Shown: positions 36,800 to 43,674 of the stretch, piece after piece
Numbering within the stretch: position 1 is the stretch's first letter
Layout: each line of letters begins with the position of its first letter
Assembly: GCA_963817895.1 (NCBI GenBank)
Contig: CAWFQB010000001.1
Span: 384,001-448,000 of the forward strand
Direction: 5' to 3'
Source: an uncultured Chthonomonadaceae bacterium
Lineage (GTDB): Bacteria > Armatimonadota > Chthonomonadetes > Chthonomonadales > Chthonomonadaceae
Length of the DNA stretch: 64,000 bases
The notes under the pieces: model-generated
The model's database searches: none
What the model saw: only the letters and a program-made list of their open reading frames with translations
What the model was told of the DNA's origin: nothing
Program-made: the position numbers and the translations under genes

Positions 36800-38692
36800 C
36801 TAATGCACCAGACCATTATCTACCTCAAAGAGTCGGTAATACTCGTGAACTTCCGTATGACCGATGAGGAAGAATTGGCCGTCTGCGAAGTAGGTTTTTG
36901 ATGTGAGATCATGCCATTGAACGGTTATGCCGGAACTGTTAGCAATGTGATTTGCGCTCTCACTCTCTCCCCATAGGTCAAGTATATTCTCACTCGAAAA
37001 TAGAGGGAATTGTGACGCTGGTGTGTGTTGATACCAGATGTCCACCGACATGATGCCAGCACCTGCGGGCAAAATGATCTCGTGATCCTGAGCCAAATCC
37101 TGAAATTGTTGGGTGAGCCTAACTGCAATCGCCGATACTATCCCGCCAGGCAGGAATCTCGACCGAAAATCGAGCAGGTTATCTGCTGCTGTATTGGCAG
37201 GATGAATGTCAAGTAAAGTCACTTCGACATAACTGCCTTGCCATGTCTTACTTTGCCCAGTTGCTATGTCCCTGAGAACCTGAGAAGCGACTATAGTACC
37301 TCGGCTATGTCCAAATAGATGAAGGTCAACCACATCGCCAGGATGTCTGACTATTTGTAGCAATTGTTGTGCTGCCAGTAGAAGCTGTGAGTACATATCA
37401 TCACCAGCAGCAACCGTTAGGCCAGGCAAAGGGGTAACGCTCTCACCAAGCCATTCATGCGTAATGACTTGATCGAAGCTAGATATATTCAGTAAGTCGT
37501 TCTTCATCGCAGCCATCCAGGTTAGCGTATCTGTGTCAGAGAATGAGAAGCCATGCACTACTCCCCCAAGCAGGTACTTGCGAAAATATGCTGTGTTGAC
37601 CGATGTGGCATCCTCACTAACCACGCCATTGCTGTTTGCGACAACTACAACGAAAGGCATAGCCTGATTTGGAGGTAACAGAGTTCCGGCAATCAATGTG
37701 ATGGTATGACTGCCCTGCTGCAAGTCCGCAGAATCCATTGATGGGTCAACAGTCTGCGTACCGATATGTTGCGAATAAAAACTCAATTCAGGAATGTCCG
37801 AGCGGTAAACATCAAATGTAAGAGGCTGAACGATCTGCGCTGTCGAAATCGTATAGCTAATGTTGACGCTTTTAGCATCGAGGGTAGTAGCTTTAGTTAG
37901 AAGTAGTTTAGGCAGTGGCTTAGTAACAGTTAAACTAAACTGCTTCTGAACGGACGTGCCTGCTTGATCCATCGCCGCAACCGTGAACTGGTAGGTTCCG
38001 GGGGTCACTGTCGGGCTTCCCGTACTGCTCAATGTGCCGCCGCTACTCAGATTGAATCCAGCCGGTAGGTTGCTCCCCACTTCCGCCCATACGATTGCCC
38101 CTTGCCCTCCCGTTGCCGTGAACGTAAAGGTATAAGCCTGGCCGCTAACTGCATTCGGTACACTGGTGGTACTGATCGTAAGGTTATTTGTTCCCGATGG
38201 GGAAAACGTGAGGGAACCGCCCGTTAGTTTGCTTCCATGAATGGAATTGTTCCCATTAGAAAAATCAGTCCCATAAGGTACTTGAACCGTATTTGCAGTG
38301 AGGAAAGCGGTCTGAGGAAATTCTACATTTAGGTATTCAGGGCTGCTTGCAGGAACCGATATGTCCTGCGCGTATGTCTTCGTCAAGTCAAAACCGCCTA
38401 CGTAGATATAGGGAGAATTGGCGTCGAATGTATGTGTGACTCCACCCACTACAACCGTCACGCTGGCGACGGAACAGGTATAATTGGTTACTCCGTTGTT
38501 GGTGGAAAATTTTGTAAAGGTCATTGTGCCATTGGCGGTCGAGCCGTCTGCGGCAGTCACATTGTTGACTGTCACCGTGACAAAATCAGGCAATGCTTGG
38601 CCTTGTGAAGCGGAAATGCCGCCGCATAAGAACAGCAACAACATGCCTAAGAAGAAAAGGACTGAGCCAAATGGAAAGAGACGACGGCACAT
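36800..38692 (-). CDS. Secreted alpha/beta-hydrolase with a putative Ig (He_PIG-like) domain
   Basis: Signal peptide, LPAGFNLSSGG Ig repeat, HGF oxyanion motif, GHSRG nucleophile elbow, LDIHP and GHTEVH. Confidence 0.78.
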   Translation of the reverse strand: MCRRLFPFGSVLFFLGMLLLFLCGGISASQGQALPDFVTVTVNNVTAADGSTANGTMTFTKFSTNNGVTNYTCSVASVTVVVGGVTHTFDANSPYIYVGGFDLTKTYAQDISVPASSPEYLNVEFPQTAFLTANTVQVPYGTDFSNGNNSIHGSKLTGGSLTFSPSGTNNLTISTTSVPNAVSGQAYTFTFTATGGQGAIVWAEVGSNLPAGFNLSSGGTLSSTGSPTVTPGTYQFTVAAMDQAGTSVQKQFSLTVTKPLPKLLLTKATTLDAKSVNISYTISTAQIVQPLTFDVYRSDIPELSFYSQHIGTQTVDPSMDSADLQQGSHTITLIAGTLLPPNQAMPFVVVVANSNGVVSEDATSVNTAYFRKYLLGGVVHGFSFSDTDTLTWMAAMKNDLLNISSFDQVITHEWLGESVTPLPGLTVAAGDDMYSQLLLAAQQLLQIVRHPGDVVDLHLFGHSRGTIVASQVLRDIATGQSKTWQGSYVEVTLLDIHPANTAADNLLDFRSRFLPGGIVSAIAVRLTQQFQDLAQDHEIILPAGAGIMSVDIWYQHTPASQFPLFSSENILDLWGESESANHIANSSGITVQWHDLTSKTYFADGQFFLIGHTEVHEYYRLFEVDNGLVH

Positions 38693-38933
38693 AGTGGCAG
38701 TTTCCTCTCCGAACCCGAAGGAACAGGAAAAGGCGATCTATGACACGCAAGGGAAGCGGCTTGCGATCCGCATGGAAAGAGGGCAAACAAACAGTAAATC
38801 TACCATTGAATCATATCATACCCGGTATATGGTGCTATTAGTTGTCTGAATTACCAGTTTTTTGGAAATACTAATTTTTTTCAAGTGTATCGTTTCCTGC
38901 TGCCGCACGTCTCGTGCGGTGGATGGTGGCGTA

Positions 38934-39240
38934 CTACTCGCACTTGGCGAAGTGCGACATACAGGCCCATACCTCGGCTTCGCTGCTCGGCTGGCCGTCA
39001 TGCGCCCAAGCCATCACGCCTTCAATGCCCAGTACTGCGTGGCGCGTGGCCGGAACCTTGCTGTGTGGAAAGAAACTGCTGCCGATATCAGTTTCGAGCG
39101 CGGCTATTTCGCTGATTCGCGCCGGGAAGTGTTCGGCAAGGGCGCGTAGTCCGGGCCTGTTTTCTATGATGCAGGGGAAACAGCCGACGCGCTTAAAGCC
39201 CAAGGCATAGAGCGGGTTTAAGGCGTTATGCTGCTGGCAG
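38934..39240 (-). pseudogene. 3' fragment of a phage-type PAPS reductase family gene
   Basis: NPLYALGFKRVGCFPCI and a terminal C.S....CE; the N-terminal PP-loop is absent. Confidence 0.7.
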
Positions 39241-39241
39241 G

Positions 39242-39484
39242 TTGTTTGAGAGTTCACAGGGCGGAGATATTTTGAAACTCAGCGAACGCATCGGTAGGTA
39301 TACCTACCGATGCGTTTGTGCCGCAAAATTTGAACAAGCCGTCTACGTGCTGCATGTGTTCCAGAAGAAATCAAAATCAGGGATTGCCACTCCACAGGAG
39401 GAAATCGAACTGGTACATAGCAGGTATCAACGCGCAAAGGAACACTACGCAGCCACCTATGAGGATAAGGATACGCGCAAATGA
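39242..39484 (+). pseudogene. 5'-truncated RelE/ParE (Gp49/HigB-like) toxin
   Basis: TYRCV...KF..AVYVLHVFQKKSKSGIATP; N-terminal portion is missing. Confidence 0.75.
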
Positions 39485-39846
39485 CAGCCATTGTGGAGAA
39501 AGCAAGCGCACAGACAAACAAGAAAGAGGAAGAGGAAGAAGTTACGACTTCCTGCGGTAACATCTACGAGGATTTAGGACTACCGTATCCAGACGAGCGT
39601 ATGGCAAAGTCTGTGTTGACACTGGCGATTACGGATGCTATCGAAGCGCGTAAACTCACGCAGGCCGTAGCCGCGGAACTGCTTCACACGGACTGCGCTA
39701 AAATCACGGATTTACAGCGTGGACGCCTGACCCATATAACTTTCGACTGCCTGATCCGGTTCGCCAATGCGCTTGGTCTCAATGTGCAAATTACTGTTCA
39801 AGCCGCCAATGAGGAACGAGGCAAAACATCCGGCTACGCAACCTGA
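39481..39846 (+). CDS. HigA-like XRE HTH antitoxin
   Basis: SCGNIYEDLGLP, LTQAVAAELL and L..F...LG.NV.I; ATGA overlap with the toxin remnant. Confidence 0.85.
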   Translation: MTAIVEKASAQTNKKEEEEEVTTSCGNIYEDLGLPYPDERMAKSVLTLAITDAIEARKLTQAVAAELLHTDCAKITDLQRGRLTHITFDCLIRFANALGLNVQITVQAANEERGKTSGYAT

Positions 39847-39873
39847 AGAAAAGCGAGAAAGTCTACGCGATGC

Positions 39874-39997
39874 GCAAACCGCATCAGGCGTGTGGGACCG
39901 CGCGAGACAGGGAAAAGCGCGTCTGCCACAGATTGCTTCCCGTCGCGTCATTGTGAAAAGGGAGAGAATTATAGCGCAAAATGCGCTCACTTGTTAA
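39874..39997 (-). repeat. Second, diverged copy of the gltB promoter plus leader unit
   Basis: 28-bp identical block (39912..39939 = 33373..33400), a 26/30 second block, and TTAACA-18 nt-TATAAT. Confidence 0.85.
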
Positions 39998-40026
39998 AAA
40001 CTAAATCCGAACTCTACAAAATATAA

Positions 40027-40069
40027 AATAACAAGGCTTCCTGATTAATAGGCAAGAGGCCTTGTTATT
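40027..40069 (-). terminator. Hairpin, probable terminator
   Basis: aataacaaggc ... gccttgttatt, an 11-bp stem. Confidence 0.5.
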
Positions 40070-40154
40070 GCATACATGCCCGTCACAATGCTGGTTAAAT
40101 GAGTTCCTGAATGAAGGAACATTTGCGTCAAAGAACGTCCCAGGTAAAGGCTAA

Positions 40155-40922
40155 CTACTTGATTTTAGAAGCCAAAGGGGCAAGTATATAGCGCCGTATA
40201 GCGTTTGCTAAACGCGGGATTTTTGCAATCCGGGCAGCTACAGGAGGTGAAAACCTGTAGTAGAAAAGCACAACTGCGCGACCGAAACATGACGGTAAAA
40301 GAGTATCATCCCGCCAGCGTCGAAATACCAAAACATCAGGGTGATCGAAATCACCGTAACAGGCTGTTGCTACAAAGCAGGGACCTTTCTTCTCGTTCAT
40401 TCGCGCAATGGCTTTGGCCGCCTCCATACTAACCTCTTGGTCGTCACCTTGTTGAGCAACGGTAAATGCTTGAGTAGCAGCGGGCTTGTTTTCTAGAAGA
40501 AGATAAGCGCGTCCCATGTTGTAGTGAGTAGCTTGAAAGGTGGGGAGGAGTTGTGCCGATTTTTCAAATGCAACAATGGATGGTTCAGCCCATTTCCTAA
40601 GAAACTTCTTAAGGTAGGCGTTTCGCATCTGCTTGTTCACAATGACTGCTGTGAATGTAGACTCGATCTCTGGCGACTCGGCAACAGCGAGATTAATCAG
40701 TCCTTCGCAGAAGAACGCGCGAGAACGTTCATACGTCACATCTTCGCCGCGCGCCATAGCTTCATCTATCTTCGTTTGGGCGCGAGATAGATCGCCAGTC
40801 AAGAGTTGTTTCGCGAACTTTTCGCGTTCATGCTGTTTGTCCATCCGGTCAAAAACATCAATTTGTTGTTGGACATCATCTAAAAACGAGTTGGCGACTT
40901 GCAATGCTTGTGACTCAGCCAC
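40155..40922 (-). CDS. TPR plus CFI-box-CTERM domain protein
   Basis: HYNMGRAY TPR; C-terminal GPCFVATACYG..HPDV..FRRWRD..L....GR..V.FYY..SP. Confidence 0.85.
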   Translation of the reverse strand: MAESQALQVANSFLDDVQQQIDVFDRMDKQHEREKFAKQLLTGDLSRAQTKIDEAMARGEDVTYERSRAFFCEGLINLAVAESPEIESTFTAVIVNKQMRNAYLKKFLRKWAEPSIVAFEKSAQLLPTFQATHYNMGRAYLLLENKPAATQAFTVAQQGDDQEVSMEAAKAIARMNEKKGPCFVATACYGDFDHPDVLVFRRWRDDTLLPSCFGRAVVLFYYRFSPPVAARIAKIPRLANAIRRYILAPLASKIK

Positions 40923-40987
40923 GCTGACCTCCTACTGTGATTATGTTCGGTATTGGTTGAGGTATGAGATACCATATTGGAACATAG

Positions 40988-41161
40988 TTATTCTTTCATC
41001 CAAGGATTTTTACCCGCTTTGATGAGACGCGCGGCTTCGTCAACATCTGTGTTGCCTGATTTGCCGCCAACATTTTGAACGGGCCACAACGTACCGCCGC
41101 ATGAGCATGTAGTCTTGTCCATGCGGTACTCCTGTCGAGCGCACTTCAAACAGATTTGCAT
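40988..41161 (-). CDS. 57-aa zinc-ribbon protein
   Basis: RBS AAGGA; MQICLKC-x11-CSCGG.L. Confidence 0.65.
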   Translation of the reverse strand: MQICLKCARQEYRMDKTTCSCGGTLWPVQNVGGKSGNTDVDEAARLIKAGKNPWMKE

Positions 41162-41412
41162 TTTCTTTCCTTTCCTGTTGTTGACATGGTAGAGGGCATT
41201 GGCTGCCTGCGGGCATGAGCAAAATTGTGAAGTTACGGCAAGCAGGCAGTCTGCTGAAGAAAACAATGATGAGCCAATCATAGCAGAGCGGACAAACAAT
41301 CGCAATACCCTAAAAGGGTAAATATTCTGTTTGAACGCTTTATTTTCACGAGGAGTTCAGGGCTACGGCGGCGAATTGACCGGTATCGTCTGGAGGAGAG
41401 GAGAACCGGCGG

Positions 41413-42363
41413 ATGAACCTGGCGTATCGAAAGGCGGAAAAGTGGGATTTTAACGGCATGTACCGCGCCCTGTTTCCCGCGTTTGAGCAGGACGCGGGGA
41501 TGCGCGGCATCATCGAAACGGAATGGAATGTCGTATTCGCCAATCCGGCCATGCTGTGCATGATCGTGGAGGATATTGAAAAGCCTGTTGAAACCCGCAT
41601 TGTCGGCTGCGCCCAGACTGTATTCGTCAGCGATGGGTTTATGCGGCTGGCAAAGTCGGGAATCTCCCCGTATGCCATTCAGCGTTTGGATGACCCGCTG
41701 CCGGATGGTTCCCGGCCCATGCTCACGCTGGAACAGGTGAGGATCGCTAACAGCGGCGAGGGACTGAACGCCTTCACGACCCGTTGGGGATGGGCAGACG
41801 CGCTGCCCGACGCGGGGAACAGGCGGCGTGTTCGGGATTACCTGGATCAGAAGTACCCCCTGTTTTACCGGGGCTACAACTTCAAGGAAGTCATCATCGA
41901 GGCGACTGGCGACTGGCCCTGTAAAGCGCTGGAGATGGCCGGCTACAAAATACGGACGGATTACGCGGCTTACTACAAGGCGCAGGGGGAACCGCCTGCG
42001 ACGGACAAGCATGCCTACCTGATGGGGCTTACGCGACAGGAAGCGCACCGGGACGAAGGCTCCTACGCCAGCCGCGTTTTTGTCTGCACGCCGCCTGTAT
42101 TCCACTTCAAGCCCAATGAACAGGAGTTGCTCGAAGTGGCCTTGCAGAGTCTCTCCGATGACGAAATCGCGCTGCGTTTGAACCTTTCCAAAGACGCCGT
42201 AAAAAAACGTTGGGCGGTCCTTTACGAATGGGTGAGCGCTAAAATGCCTGCCCTGCTGCCAGTCAACGACGGCGAGGGACGCGGCCCGGAAAAGCGCCGC
42301 CTGCTGCTGAACTACCTGCGCGAACATTCCGAAGAACTGCGCCCCATCACGCCGCGCAAATAA
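41413..42363 (+). CDS. Regulator with an uncharacterised N-terminal domain and a C-terminal LuxR-like HTH
   Basis: EQELLEVALQSLSDDEIALRLNLSKDAVKKRW; strong RBS. Confidence 0.7.
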   Translation: MNLAYRKAEKWDFNGMYRALFPAFEQDAGMRGIIETEWNVVFANPAMLCMIVEDIEKPVETRIVGCAQTVFVSDGFMRLAKSGISPYAIQRLDDPLPDGSRPMLTLEQVRIANSGEGLNAFTTRWGWADALPDAGNRRRVRDYLDQKYPLFYRGYNFKEVIIEATGDWPCKALEMAGYKIRTDYAAYYKAQGEPPATDKHAYLMGLTRQEAHRDEGSYASRVFVCTPPVFHFKPNEQELLEVALQSLSDDEIALRLNLSKDAVKKRWAVLYEWVSAKMPALLPVNDGEGRGPEKRRLLLNYLREHSEELRPITPRK

Positions 42364-42371
42364 GCTGCTAA

Positions 42372-42617
42372 TTAGCCTTCCTTATATTCGTGGAGTATCT
42401 GTTCCGGCGTTTTGGTTTCCCACTCTTTGTAAACGTCTTTAATGGAACGGCCACTCCCCACAAGACGCTCCTCAATGATTGCAACGCGCTTTGATTGCTC
42501 TACTTCCACGGTGGACATGCCTGATTCGCGGCAAGCCTCGTCGAGAATGGCTTCCAGCAGAATTGTCGCGTTTTGATCGCTTGTCAGATTTTTGTCGTCG
42601 CTTTCAGGAATGTCCAC
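42372..42617 (-). CDS. Small hypothetical protein
   Basis: 81-aa ORF with GTG start and its own upstream promoter. Confidence 0.5.
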   Translation of the reverse strand: MDIPESDDKNLTSDQNATILLEAILDEACRESGMSTVEVEQSKRVAIIEERLVGSGRSIKDVYKEWETKTPEQILHEYKEG

Positions 42618-42717
42618 GAAATAACCTTCTTCGCCTTGATTCCGCGCAGGCAGACTTCATTATCACAGGTGAGCAATTCATTGCGCGGGCTGATAAAACA
42701 CATGCAGGCTGCCCCTC

Positions 42718-42746
42718 ATTATACAAAGACGAGCTTGCGCCGTCAA
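42718..42746 (-). promoter_or_regulatory. Sigma70-like promoter
   Basis: TTGACG-17 nt-TATAAT. Confidence 0.65.
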
Positions 42747-42768
42747 GGTCTGCAAGAATTTTGTCTTA

Positions 42769-42797
42769 TTGACATTCCAACGGGGAATTGCTATAAT
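42769..42797 (+). promoter_or_regulatory. Consensus sigma70 promoter of the TA operon
   Basis: TTGACA-17 nt-TATAAT with extended TG. Confidence 0.8.
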
Positions 42798-42852
42798 GAG
42801 GTTATACTTCTGCTGACCAACTGAGTACAATGCTGCGAGGAGGGCGCGAAAC

Positions 42853-43128
42853 ATGGCGACTACCTATAAGTCCGACAAATTAAAACAGGTATCGGCTATG
42901 ATTGCCAACTTGGACGACAAGCAACTCTCCAGCCTGCAAGCCGCGCTGAAGGAAGTTTCGGATGACGAAAATGCGCGTTTTCAAACCGTCACAGCGGACG
43001 AACAGCAACTAACGCCGGAAGAGGGCTGCATTCTAATGGAAGCGTTCAATAGCCCTGCGCGCGAGCCATCGGCGCGGATGCTGGAAGCGGTAGCCAATTA
43101 TAAGCGCATTATGTCCGAGACACTTTAG
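42853..43128 (+). CDS. Putative antitoxin with a DUF1778/TacA-like C-terminus
   Basis: LTPEEGCILMEAFNSPAREPSARMLEA; lies directly upstream of a GNAT gene. Confidence 0.6.
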   Translation: MATTYKSDKLKQVSAMIANLDDKQLSSLQAALKEVSDDENARFQTVTADEQQLTPEEGCILMEAFNSPAREPSARMLEAVANYKRIMSETL

Positions 43129-43142
43129 TTGATGTAGATACC

Positions 43143-43670
43143 ATGCAGCCTTCCTCCCGTTTCCGATTTGAACTCCTCACAGAGCAGCATGACCTTACTT
43201 CGTTTGATTGTGGAAATGCTGCTCTGAACGATTATCTGGACATTTATGCCAAACGCGATGTCAGGATCAATCTGCGGCGAACCTACCTCCTGCTGGATTA
43301 CTCCCAATCTCCGGCGTTTGTTGCCGGGTATTTCACGCTTTGTGTTGATACCGCTGAGTTCTGGCATCAAACTGTCTTTGGAACTATCCGTCAGCCACTA
43401 ATTCTTCTGGATTACCTCGCCCGCCATGTCAATTACAAGCGCATGGGAATTGGGGACGCGCTGTTGATACAGGCGTTTCGCGTCACGGTTGATGTTGCCG
43501 CCAGAGTAGGCGTTTCGGGAATGCACATCCGCGAAGCCACCAAAGCAGGCAAAAGATTGTACATGCGCGACGTGTACGGCTTTACCATGCACCCTTGCTC
43601 CGCTATTGACAGGGACAAGGGTTTGTACCTTCCCCTCAACGACATTCAGGCTATTTTAGAGAAGCTGTAG
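43143..43670 (+). CDS. GNAT acetyltransferase toxin (AtaT/TacT-like)
   Basis: HDLTSFDCGNAALNDYL, AGYFTL and LARH..YKRMGIGDALL. Confidence 0.82.
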   Translation: MQPSSRFRFELLTEQHDLTSFDCGNAALNDYLDIYAKRDVRINLRRTYLLLDYSQSPAFVAGYFTLCVDTAEFWHQTVFGTIRQPLILLDYLARHVNYKRMGIGDALLIQAFRVTVDVAARVGVSGMHIREATKAGKRLYMRDVYGFTMHPCSAIDRDKGLYLPLNDIQAILEKL

Positions 43671-43674
43671 CGTT

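Noticed and set aside
35023..38692. Diversity-generating retroelement template/variable pair
   Set aside because: No reverse transcriptase in the window, and the differences look like ordinary paralog divergence, not adenine-specific changes.
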